Of a stretch of DNA of 39,912 bases, positions 20,043 through 30,200 are shown piece after piece. This DNA comes from Malassezia furfur (taxonomy: Eukaryota). The stretch lies in assembly GCA_052055015.1 (NCBI GenBank), contig JBQJIT010000056.1. One strand, 5' to 3'. Each line of letters begins with the position of its first letter. The stretch's first letter is position 1. A model generated the notes under the pieces. The model saw only the letters and a list, made by a program, of their open reading frames with translations, ran no database searches and had not been told where the DNA came from. The translations under genes were made by a program, and so were the position numbers.

Positions 20043-22556
20043 CTACGTAGGCAAGAGCTTTGCGGAGGCTGCCCGGAGCACGCCGCCCTGTACATTGCGC
20101 ACGAGCACCAGATGCGCCAGCGGCACCGGGTTGCGCTTGCGCAGGCCCCAGCGGTGCGGCGCAGCCTCAGCCACCAGCGTGGCTTCGCGGCGTTCCAGCT
20201 CCAACCACGCCAGCAGGCTCATGCTTGCTACAGCACGGCCACGGCCGTCGGCGAGCGCATAGTCGCCCGTCGTCACGGCGCCCACGAACGGCGCGGGCGC
20301 GGCGCGCTCCAGTGTGTCCAAGGCGGTGCGTGCCGCCTCTTTTTCTCGCGTGGGCGGGTCCAAGGCGTCACGCCATGCACGGGTATCGGCCATGGTCGGC
20401 GGCAGGTGCACGGTCGAGACTGACTGGAAGGCGCCGCGCCGGCTCGCGATCAACAGCACCCGGACCAGCGAGTTGCGCAGAACCGGCAGCGTGGGCGGCA
20501 CGCCGTGCACGTTGACGCCATCGCTAAATGCGCGACGCGTCCACAGTGAAACGAAGCGGGTATACTTGGGGTCGATCGCGGGGCGCTGCAACCCTTCTTG
20601 GAGGCGCGCCCAAGAGCCCGGCGTGACCGGCACATCGGCCAAGGGGCCAGAACACGGCGCGTGTGCGCCATGCAGCAGCGCATCATGCCACAGCTCCATG
20701 CCGCCAAACGGGTGCGGACACATGGCTTCACCGCGGTCGTAATTGACGCGCTTGGCAGGTGGTTTCCTACGCCATGCCTCGGCACGACGCGCTGCAGCCT
20801 CGCGCTCTAACACAGCATACGCGCGGCTCGCGACCCAATCATGCGGGAAGCTTGCAAGGCCCGCGTTCAGGTGCCGCTGTCGCAGCTGTTCCTGACCAAG
20901 AACACGGGCGCCGGTGAACACGAGCGAGTGCCAGAACGGCAATCCCCACCCACGCGGCACCAGAAGCGTATAGCCCGACGCCAAGGGAGAGTCTTGCCAC
21001 GACGCGATCAGGACCACGGGTATACGGTCGTCGCCCGCCGTCGGGCGTAGACGCTCGCCGGGTACCAGCTGGGCGCGCCGGCGGTCCATGTCACCTTTCG
21101 TGAAGGCCGGCAGACGCTTGTACGAGAAGAAGCGCGAGTCACTCAGCGGCATTCGCACATCTTCCATGTCGTCCTGGGTACCTTTCTCGCGCTGGTCCTG
21201 CGCCAGTGGGGTATTTTGCGGGGGAAAAGCGAGGCGTGGATCGTGCACCAGCAGACTGAGCACAAGCCCGGGCGGCAGCTGACTCGGAGAAAGCGCATGT
21301 TTCTGTCCCGTGATGCGCGCAAAGAGATGCTGCGCTGTACCGTCCAAGTGGTTCGCCGGCTCCACAGGCTGCAGGACGCCTCCCAGGATGCGTCCTGCAT
21401 CGGCTCCGCTCAGCTCGAAGACATTGTATCCTTCGTCGGCACGCAGTTCAATGGTACCGAGCTCATGCACGCGCCCACGCCGGGTATGTGGCGTTCCAGC
21501 AGCGAGAGCGGGAGGCGGGGCGCTCTCGAGCGGCTCAACACGCACATCCACGGGAATGTCCCAGCGCTGCGGCACACAGGATCGGTGTTTTGTCGAGCGC
21601 TGCGCCTCGATCCGCACCAGTTTGAGCGCCTGAAAGAGCAAGGCATGCAAATCTGGCGCGCCAGCAGGGTGCACCCAGACGTGGCACTCGCGGTAGGCGC
21701 CGTGGCCAACGACCCATAGGACTTGGATCGGCGCAAGCGGCGACACAAACAGTGCGTTGGAAACGCGCGCATTTTCGCCCACTGGACGCTGCATGAGCGT
21801 TGTGGTGCACATCCGTGCACCACTCGTCCATTCCTCTTCCCATCCGTGCGCCGCGCCTGCGAGCTGCAGCAGAAGCTGCAGACGCTGCGTCGCCAGCGAC
21901 GGGTGCCGGCGTGACGAGCGCGCGGACAGACGGAAGACCGCAGTATAGCTCGCATCGTGCAGCATTACTGTATTCTCTGAATAGCGAGCGCTCCGACGAA
22001 AGCTCTTTTGGTGCGGCGACTCGGCCAGCGAGAAGCCAAAGGTGCCGCTTCCGCCATCCTGCGCTTGCTTATCCTGTGACATGCGGAAGCGCTTTGCATG
22101 CCACAGGTGCGTTTCGAGCCACCGCTTGTCGTACCGTGCAGCACGGCGTGTCAGTGCCGCACGGCGCCGCGTAAACCCGATCAGCGTGCGCTCCGGCGCA
22201 CGACGTCGCATAGCGCTGCGGGTTTTGGGCGTGGTATTCGAGGCGCGCAGCTCTGCGCGCGCCTTGCCACGTAGGCGAGATGGGAGACGCAAAAGGTTGT
22301 GCGAAGCTGCACGGCGGCGCAGATGGCGCGGAAGCAGCTGCCAGGCGCGTGTGTTGGTCGCTTCACGCGCCTGTTTCATGGCGCGGTGCAGCGCGAGAAT
22401 CTCTGTCTTGCGCACGTTCATGGCCGCTTCAACGTCCAGTTGGTCAGGCACCATCGCGTTGGGTGCGATGGCGGTCGGCTGGGGCGGGGCCCATGACGCC
22501 GGCCGCGCGCGCTTGGGCGCGACGCCGGCGTCGCCCTCGCTCGGACGCTTGCCCAT
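20043..22556 (-). CDS. POP1: RNase P/MRP protein subunit Pop1
   Basis: ATG at 22556 (MGKRPSE). Motifs RAWQLLPRHLRRRAASHN, WLETHLWHAKRFRM, HDASY, GWGLPFWHSL, FPHDW, WRRKPPAKRVNY and GAVTTGDYALADGRG. Intronless. Confidence 0.95.
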   Translation of the reverse strand: MGKRPSEGDAGVAPKRARPASWAPPQPTAIAPNAMVPDQLDVEAAMNVRKTEILALHRAMKQAREATNTRAWQLLPRHLRRRAASHNLLRLPSRLRGKARAELRASNTTPKTRSAMRRRAPERTLIGFTRRRAALTRRAARYDKRWLETHLWHAKRFRMSQDKQAQDGGSGTFGFSLAESPHQKSFRRSARYSENTVMLHDASYTAVFRLSARSSRRHPSLATQRLQLLLQLAGAAHGWEEEWTSGARMCTTTLMQRPVGENARVSNALFVSPLAPIQVLWVVGHGAYRECHVWVHPAGAPDLHALLFQALKLVRIEAQRSTKHRSCVPQRWDIPVDVRVEPLESAPPPALAAGTPHTRRGRVHELGTIELRADEGYNVFELSGADAGRILGGVLQPVEPANHLDGTAQHLFARITGQKHALSPSQLPPGLVLSLLVHDPRLAFPPQNTPLAQDQREKGTQDDMEDVRMPLSDSRFFSYKRLPAFTKGDMDRRRAQLVPGERLRPTAGDDRIPVVLIASWQDSPLASGYTLLVPRGWGLPFWHSLVFTGARVLGQEQLRQRHLNAGLASFPHDWVASRAYAVLEREAAARRAEAWRRKPPAKRVNYDRGEAMCPHPFGGMELWHDALLHGAHAPCSGPLADVPVTPGSWARLQEGLQRPAIDPKYTRFVSLWTRRAFSDGVNVHGVPPTLPVLRNSLVRVLLIASRRGAFQSVSTVHLPPTMADTRAWRDALDPPTREKEAARTALDTLERAAPAPFVGAVTTGDYALADGRGRAVASMSLLAWLELERREATLVAEAAPHRWGLRKRNPVPLAHLVLVRNVQGGVLRAASAKLLPT

Positions 22557-22655
22557 CGTCGCGAAGAATCGGGCGATCGGGCCGGTCTGCAGACACTGCA
22601 GGGACCGGCTGCACCGGAATTTACAGGGATCTGCACAGCGCACGGACGGACTACC

Positions 22656-23866
22656 ATGTTCAAGAACCTGCTTAACAAGGGCGAGAAGAAGATCGAGAAC
22701 CTCGAGAAGAACATCTCGGGCGATAAGAAGCATCAGGGAAGCCACAAGCACCACGCGCAGTCCTCGGGCGGTCACAAGGCGGGCGCTGGGGCCGCGGCAG
22801 GTGCTGGTGCCGGAGCGGCAGGTGCGGGGGGTGCTTATCAGCACCATCAGCACGGCTCGGGTGCTCCGCCATCCGGCGGCTCGCAGCCGAATGTCACGCC
22901 CGTGGATATCGCCGGCCTTCCTGTGAACGTGTATGGCCTCAACAACCTTACGCCTGGCTCGGGCAACAACGTCCCCGACGTCTGCATTTCGATCCACATG
23001 CATGGACGCACCGGCTCAGCGAAGAACGAGGATGGCCTGGCTCGCGAGCTGTACCAGAACACCATGAATGCTCGTCAGAGCATGGGTGGGCGCACTCGCG
23101 ACTTCCTGCTGGTGACCTTTGACTCTCGTGACCACGGTCAGCGCAAGACCAACCCGGAGGCACAGAAGTCGTGGAAGGAGGGCAACAAGACGCATGCGTA
23201 CGTATCCATCGGCACTCACACAGGGTGGACATGTATGGCATGATCCGTATGTATATGTGCTGACGCAGGCGGCACGGCCGACGACGCTTCGTTTATCGCA
23301 CAGATGCTGCCGGCTTATCTCTTCCCTAACGACGAGCGGCGCGTCTCGCTGATCTCTGTGACGGGCAAGAGTCTCGGCGGCCACTCGGCGTGGCAGGTGC
23401 TTGCGCGTATGTATCCACGCTCACACAGACGACCCTCTGATCCGCGTGGGTGTTCCCTTCATTGGCTGTCCCGACTTCCAGAAGCTCGTTGCGATGCGGG
23501 CTAAGAACTCGGGCCTGGAGGATGTGCCTCCGGCTGTGCCTGGCGCGCTTCGTGCGCTGATGCAGCGCGTCGATCCCGCACAGCAGCCTTATCGCGAGGC
23601 GGGTCCGCGCAACCCGTTCTATGGGAAGAAGATCTGTGCCTGCCTGGGTGCTGATGACCATCTGGTTCGTGTGTCCTACGCTCAGGAGTTCCTGGAGCAC
23701 CTTACTGTGGCTCCTCCGGGATCGGACGAGGCTCGCCAGGGCCTCCAGGTGTACATCCAGCCCAACACGGGCCACACGGTCACCCCTGAGAGTACGTACC
23801 TGGTCTACTAATTTAGTGCTCCGTCTTGGCGGACAGTGGCTGGCCCAATGGGCGTTGCCGTACTAA
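22656..23866 (+). CDS. Alpha/beta-hydrolase (serine esterase-like), paralog A, no signal peptide
   Basis: Introns 23198-23223, 23247-23268, 23407-23428, 23792-23816 (26, 22, 22, 25 nt). Motifs IHMHGRTG, VTFDSRDHGQR, nucleophile elbow GKSLGGH, LGADDHLV (Asp) and TGHTVT (His). Gly/His/Ala-rich N-terminal extension. Confidence 0.88.
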
Positions 23867-24033
23867 GATCGGGGTAAGTAGAAGCTCCAATGTGCTTCAG
23901 AAATTTAGCATCGGGCACTGCAATCGGGCCTTGCGCTGCAGGCTTGGCCCACGTGCTGCACAATAGACTTTCCAGCTGCCGAGTGCATTTTGGCAGCGGA
24001 GTTGCACTTTGGTCGCGCGCGTCCACGAGCAAG

Positions 24034-25299
24034 ATGAGGGCGATCTTGCTGGGATGGCCCATTTGGCTCGTACTCATCGCATTGCTCAGTACGCGTGCTG
24101 CGGATGCTGCCGTGGCGCCGAAACGGGCGCCCATTGGTGCTGGTTCCAAAGCGGCGGCCTCGCCGAGGCCGACTGCGAACCCAACACCGAGACCTCCGGC
24201 CGTGGACCGCCGTGTATTTAACCTGGGTGGGCTTATCGTAAATGTGTATGGTTTGAGTCTCCTCGCGCCGGTCGTGAATGGCTCGACCCCCGACATTAAC
24301 GTGCTTATTCACATGCATGGACGGACACGGTCGGCGATGCTCGAAGAGCCCCTCGTAAAGACGCTCTATGGCAACGTTCGGGAGCAAATGACTGCCAACC
24401 CGTCCGGGTCCAAGAACGACTTTTTGGTGGTCAGCTTTGATGCACCCAACCACGGCAACCGCACGACACTGCCATTCGGCCAGAGGGGCTACAATGCGGG
24501 CAACATGCAATTTGCGTACGTATCAGACACTCACGCAGCTTTGATCAATACGCAATGATTGGTACGATAGACTAGCTGACCGCAGTGGGTGATGCGGCCG
24601 ACGCGACCTTCGTGGCCGATTTCCTTCCGTTCAATTTGTTCCCCAACGGCGAGCGCCGGATTACCAACTGGATCATCTCTGGGCGCAGCATGGGCGGCCA
24701 TGCGGCATACCACGTCCTTGCAAGTACGTAACTCAGACTCACCTCAGATGATGCGCGATTCACTATCGGCACCGTGTTCATCGGTGCGCCCGACTACTAC
24801 AAGCTCCTGGTCGGCCGCACTGCGGAGAACAACATTCCCTTTGCACCTCCCTATATCCCGGATGAGTTTATCAGCTATGTGAATCGGACCGATCCGGCGC
24901 ACAAACCATACGACTCGTATAACCGCCAGGCGAATCCGTTCTGGGGCAAGAAGCTCTTCGCCGGCTGCGGTGGAGCGGATCCTCTGGTGCATTTCAGCTA
25001 CTCGTCCGAGTTTCTGCAGAACGTGGTGCTTGGGCCGCGGAGCGACGACGAGACTGCCCAATCGTTGGAGATTTACGTGCAGCCCAACATCCCTCACGAG
25101 GTGACGAGCGAGAGTACGTACACGAATGTGACTGACCTCAGTGTTGGAATTGGCCGGGCGCTGGGTGTATCGCTGGGCGATCGCCAAACAGCCTATCAAT
25201 CCTTCTCCGGCCCCTACCGTGCCTGGCACGACTGCGTCGCGACCGATACAGAGCGATGTTACACGCTCCAGCTATGCATCTCTTCCAACGACACTGTAA
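24034..25299 (+). CDS. Alpha/beta-hydrolase (serine esterase-like), paralog B, with predicted signal peptide
   Basis: Signal-like N-terminus MRAILLGWPIWLVLIALLSTRAADA; introns 24516-24538, 24562-24585, 24724-24747, 25114-25141 (23, 24, 24, 28 nt). Motifs IHMHGRTR, VSFDAPNHGNR, GRSMGGH, GGADPLV and IPHEVT; Pro/Thr/Ser-rich tail; stop TAA 25297-25299. Confidence 0.88.
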
Positions 25300-25329
25300 T
25301 TCAAGAACCAAAGGCCTGCCTTATGTTAT

Positions 25330-27117
25330 CTATTCTTGTAGCCAGCGTTGTACGAATGCGATTTCTGCGTCATGGATCTCGCGGATGCGTGGAGGCTCCT
25401 TCGAGGGATCGGTAAGAGCAGACGAGTCGCAGTGGTGCCAGCAGTCAGGGATCAGCTTGAAGGGTGTGTCCATGGTATCCTCGCGAATACCGCCATACGC
25501 ATACTCTTCGCTGTGCTGGGTCATCGGGCGCCAAGGGTCGTACTGCCCGTCAATAATGGCCAGGCGTTTGCTGTCGAGGCCCATGTTGCCGATGCGGTTC
25601 ACGATGCTTACGTCTGGCCGCGGGGGAATGGTCCAATGCTCGCCCGGTGTAAAGCCTTCGCGGCACAGCAGGCTCATCCATTGCTCGTCAATCCGCCACG
25701 AAACAAGTTTGGGTCCACTGGGCTTGGGCGGAAGCGATGTGACATTGGCAATGGGCGGCGCAACCTGGTAGTAGCCGTACTCGTTACAGACTTGGAACTG
25801 CCATGCCTTGCTGGTCTTCAGGGTACCATTGTCGTTCCGGAACCGCACTGGGTCCTGCGTGGTACAGGACTTCTCCTCGCAGTAATGGGCCATGTTTTCC
25901 TCCATGTAGGCGGCCCAGCCAAGGACGGAGCCTGGCAGGTATCCCAGCACGCTCAGCTCATCTGGGTGCTTCTGCTTCACCTCGTCGATCACAGTTGCGT
26001 TCGTCACCATATTGCAGAAATCGTTCCACATTACCTCCTCTGTGTGAGGGGGTACCCAGGACAATGATTGGAACATGCCGAGCGGCAGCGTCAAAAAGTT
26101 GGCGAAGTCGTTGAGCGACGGTGCATACGCAAGACCAAAGAGAGACTTGAGTGCGCCCGCTTGGGTGTTGTTCACATTGGTCTGGTTAGATCCAGCCTCC
26201 GGCACGGGCGCAATGATCTTGTCAATGGCATTTATCGCCGTCTGCAGCGCCTGTGAACACTGCGTGTCGGCTCCATGAGCAATCGCGTAGTAGTATTCAG
26301 GCAGGGTCACCGTGGCAGCAACCACGGCGGAGCTGGCGATCGCGCCATGGATCAGGTCGGGATACAGTGTACGCATAAAGGCCGCACGTGCGCCTGCGTA
26401 TGATCCGCCATAGTAAATTACGCGGAATTCAGCATTGTCTGGCACGCCCTGGAACTTCATTTTGCGCACAAACTCGGCAGAATCCTCCAGAGACTGGCGA
26501 GTGTTGAGCCAGCGCAGCTGGTCCACACCCCAGTCCTCGCCCGGGCCAAGCTCGGTTCGATTGGGGATCGACGTTCCATAGTAGCGGTGCTCGAGCAAAA
26601 CGGCGATACCACCCGTTGCATTAGCAAGGACCCCGACGATGCCATCGGAGAACATTTCGATGCGGTTCCTCAACGAAGTTTCTCCACCATCGTACAGGAT
26701 GACAGGTACGATTTCGCGTCCATCCTGTGTCTTGTTGCGCTTGTCGGCGCCGGACTCGTACCAGTCCATCGATAGGGAGTAGCGCTGCTCGAACGTCACA
26801 TTGGTCGTGCCATCAAAATGATCAAGAGGCTGCGTCATGTTCAGCATCTCATAATTATGCTCCGGAGGTGCTTCATCGAGTAGTGTGCTCTCGTTTTGCA
26901 CGATCAGCGCACTTTTAGGGCTGGTGAGCTGTGCGCGAAGTTGCGCAATTTCGCCCTCGATGCTAGCTTGCAGTCCGGGAGCACCACGCATCCCTGGAGC
27001 TAGCAGCAATGCCTGCTTATGCCGGATCTGCCGCTCAATCGCATCGGAGGGGCCCAGCGCCAAAACACACGATGCCGCAACCACGGCCCAGAGCCCGAGC
27101 CATGTCCAACCGCGCAT
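25330..27117 (-). CDS. Secreted peptidase family S28 (prolyl carboxypeptidase-like serine peptidase)
   Basis: Signal peptide MRGWTWLGLWAVVAASCVLA (ATG 27117). Motifs QPLDHF, TFEQRY, LYDGGE, LEHRYYGTS, catalytic YGGSYAG, GAIASSA, WQFQVCNEYGYYQ, DGQYDPW and WHHCD; many N-X-S/T sites. Intronless. Confidence 0.93.
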   Translation of the reverse strand: MRGWTWLGLWAVVAASCVLALGPSDAIERQIRHKQALLLAPGMRGAPGLQASIEGEIAQLRAQLTSPKSALIVQNESTLLDEAPPEHNYEMLNMTQPLDHFDGTTNVTFEQRYSLSMDWYESGADKRNKTQDGREIVPVILYDGGETSLRNRIEMFSDGIVGVLANATGGIAVLLEHRYYGTSIPNRTELGPGEDWGVDQLRWLNTRQSLEDSAEFVRKMKFQGVPDNAEFRVIYYGGSYAGARAAFMRTLYPDLIHGAIASSAVVAATVTLPEYYYAIAHGADTQCSQALQTAINAIDKIIAPVPEAGSNQTNVNNTQAGALKSLFGLAYAPSLNDFANFLTLPLGMFQSLSWVPPHTEEVMWNDFCNMVTNATVIDEVKQKHPDELSVLGYLPGSVLGWAAYMEENMAHYCEEKSCTTQDPVRFRNDNGTLKTSKAWQFQVCNEYGYYQVAPPIANVTSLPPKPSGPKLVSWRIDEQWMSLLCREGFTPGEHWTIPPRPDVSIVNRIGNMGLDSKRLAIIDGQYDPWRPMTQHSEEYAYGGIREDTMDTPFKLIPDCWHHCDSSALTDPSKEPPRIREIHDAEIAFVQRWLQE

Positions 27118-27257
27118 GGTGGTAGGGATTGGCGTCGTTGACGTCATGACGCATGCGGGGAAATGAATGTGGAGAGGTGCATGAGTCCACGTGGCCATAT
27201 CGCCGCATCCGTACCCGGCGCTCGTCGCGCTCAGACGAGGTAAACACGCACCACCAG

Positions 27258-30200
27258 ATGACTTTGGGCTCCTGGATTCGGCGCCTGGGCCACCACCAGC
27301 ATGACAATGCTGGGGGTCTCGACAGGAAAGAAATTGAAGAACTTGTTGCTAATGCAGGCCGTGTCCCGCGCAGCGTTGCGTCGTCGCCTGCCAAGACTAC
27401 GTCGGTGAAGCGCAGCCGGACGGTGAGCGGGCCCACGACGCTCGCCGAGCAGTACGGCCGCCCTGCCCCGCGCCATGTTGTGGTGAACAAGAAGCCTATG
27501 GTTGTGAGGGCGAGTGTCCCGAGCGTCCCGAGCGACGCGCCGGAGCCGAAACTCGCCGAGGTGCCGCGCGCGCCCAAGTCGGTGTTTGAGGCGGGCATCG
27601 CCATCCCCGACGAGGGCGAGCGCTTCCCCCCGGTCGAGAACCGCTACGTGTCGTACCGTGCTTCGCACGTCGGTGGTGCGTCGGTGATTCCCCCCGAGGA
27701 GCTGGGCGAGGTCCAGCCCGAGGACGAGGATGACACGTCGTCGATTGAGCAGGGTGTTCTGCCGTACCCCGAGAAGAAGGAGGAGCCGGTGGTCGACGAA
27801 GAGGAGGTGGAGGTGAAGGAAAGCGAGGTGAAGGAAAGCGAGGCGAAGGAGGACGATGCGGCGGGCAAGCCCAAGACCGCGGCCGCTCCTGCGCTCGACC
27901 GCACTGTGCTCGGTTCCGAGCTGGAGAAGACCCCGAGCAAGTCTACCAAGAAGGGCGCCAAGGTTAAGCGCTCGCACACGACGGGCAGTAGCGCGCGCAG
28001 TGTGCCCTGGGACACGACGGGCAGCGTGTCGAAGGACTCGGCGCCGACCGTGTTTGCGCTGAACTACGCGACGGCCGTGCGCCATGGCCGTGAGTACCTG
28101 TACCGCTACAGCGACTACGACAACTCGCCCGGCGAGTCGGCGCCTGCGCGCGTTGTGACTTCGACGAAGACCACCGAGAGCAAGGGCAAGGAGGCTGAGC
28201 CGCGGTCGAAGGGCGAGACCAAGTTCACCGAGGCGATCAAGCCGGTCGAGTCCAAGAAGGAGGCGAGCAAGGCCACTGAGTCGGCCAAGACGCTCGACTC
28301 CGTCAAGGCGATGGAGGCGCAGACGTCCAAGGCGGAGGCTGGCAAGACGGTGTCGGAGCAGGCGCCGCCCGTGCCGCCCAAGGACGTCAAGAAGCCGACG
28401 CCGACGCCCACCTACACGCCTTCGTACTTGTCGGGCAAGCCGGTGGAGTACAAATCGGAGCTGCCGTCCTACCTGCGTACTGGTAAGGTGACTGCCTCGA
28501 TCCCCCCGAGGACCACGACGACGAAGGAGAGCACGTCGAATGTGGACTCGGCGAAGAAGGAGGCCGACGAGAAGGCCAAGAAGGAGGCCGACGAAAAGGC
28601 TGCCAAGGAGGCTGCTGAAAAGAAGGCCGCCGACGAGAAGGCCAAGAAGGAGGCCGAGGAGAAGGCTGCTAAGGAGGCCGAGGCCAAGAAGGCCACCGAG
28701 GAGAAGGCCGCCAAGGAGGCCGAGGAGAAGAAGGCTGCGGAAGCCAAGGCGGCCAAGGAGGCCGAGGAGAAGAAGGCCGCCGAGGAGAAGGCCACGAAGG
28801 AGACCGAAGCGAAGAAGGCTGCTGAGGAGAAGGCCGCCAAGGAGGCCGAGGCGAAGAAGGCCGCCGAAGAGAAGGCCGCGAAGGAGGCCGAGGAAAAGAA
28901 GGCTGCCGAGGCCAAGGCGGCCAAGGAGGCCGAGGAAAAGAAGGCCGCTGAGGAGAAGGCCGCCAAGGAGGCCGAGGAGAAGAAGGCCAAGGAGGCCGCT
29001 GAGAAGAAGGCCGCTGAGGAGAAGGCCGCCAAGGAGGCCGAGGAGAAGAAGGCCAAGGAGGCTGCCGAGAAGAAGGCTGCCGAGGAGAAGGCCGCCAAGG
29101 AGGCTGAGGAGAAGAAGGCCAAGGAGGCTGCCGAGAAGAAGGCCGCCGAGGACAAGGCGGCCAAGGAGGCCGAGTCGAAGCTTTCGACGAAGCCGTCGTC
29201 CAAGACGCTGTCGTCCTCCGCCTCGTTCTCGATCCCCACCTCGGACGGCTCGAAGCCTGCGCCGGCCATCACCGGTATCGACAGTCTCTACGGCCTGCCG
29301 TCGGCTACGCGTGAATCGAAGCCCACGGCTGGTGAGGCCAAGACGGTGAGCGACGCCAAGGCGCCGGCCTCGCGCGACGCCTCGGCCTCCAGTGCGGCGC
29401 CGGCCTCGCGCGACGCCTCGACCTCCGGTGCGGCGCCGGCGCTTGCCCATGCGTCGATCTACGGCAAGAAGAGCGAGAGCAAGGCGGACACGAAGGAGGG
29501 CAAGGGCATCAAGTCGGTCCTTCCCGAGTTCATGCGCCAGAACTCGTTCGACACCTCGGTGAGCACGCGCGCCATTCCCCCCGAGTCGCGCCGCAACAGC
29601 GACGCTTCGGCGCGCGCGAGCCTCGCCGAGAGCGCGAAGCCGAGCGGTCTTGCGCCGCCGATCAACGACACCTCCGCGCTGGGCCTCGCCAAGTCGGAGC
29701 GTGCCGCGAGCGAGGCGCGGGGTGAGACCAAGCCGGCCACGCCGAGCGCTGCCACGGAGTCGAAGCCGGCTGCGTCCACTGCAACGGAGCCCGCCAAGTC
29801 GACGGCGACCGAGTCGAAGCCGACGCCGTCCAAGGCGTCCGTGACGCACTCGATCCAGTCGAAGCCGGCGCCCTCGACCACGGCGCCTGCGGCGTCGGAG
29901 CCCGAGCCCAAGGCGGCGGCGACGACGCCCGCGCCTGTCTCGGAGAAGCCTGCGCCGAAGGCGGAGGAGAGCAAGGCGGCGGAGTCGAAGCCTGCGGCGA
30001 CGCCGGCGGCGCAGAGGGGTATGGCTGTGCACATCCTTGACTCGCCGTCGGCCGCCAAGGCGAGCCCGGCGCCGAAGGAGTCCGTGCCGGCTGCCAAGCC
30101 TGCGGAGGACACCAAGGCCGAGACCAAGCCTGTGCTGCCCGAGAAGGACGCCAAGCGTGTCGAGGCTGCCAAGGAGGACGCCGAGACTAAGCCCGCCGAG

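Noticed and set aside
22557..23003. N-terminal extension of the POP1 track ORF
   Set aside because: It is antisense to hydrolase A exon 1; Pop1-like sequence begins at ATG 22556.
27240..27357. Possible longer intron (GTAAAC...GCTAATGCAG) at the start of the repeat protein
   Set aside because: The donor does not match the local consensus, the splice phases do not join an upstream ATG to the main frame, and the region reads as open coding sequence.
28552..29177. Possible CRISPR array or bacterial TolA-like horizontal transfer
   Set aside because: The repeats are contiguous, in-frame coding units with no unique spacers. Similarity to TolA is only compositional, with no TM anchor or TolA C-terminal domain.
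27231..30032. 933-aa antisense Leu/Gly/Arg ORF, plus the Ser/Ala/Phe ORFs 28469-29272 and 29459-30568
   Set aside because: These are mirror frames of the biased AAG/GAG/GCC codons of the plus-strand repeat protein and show no independent coding signal.
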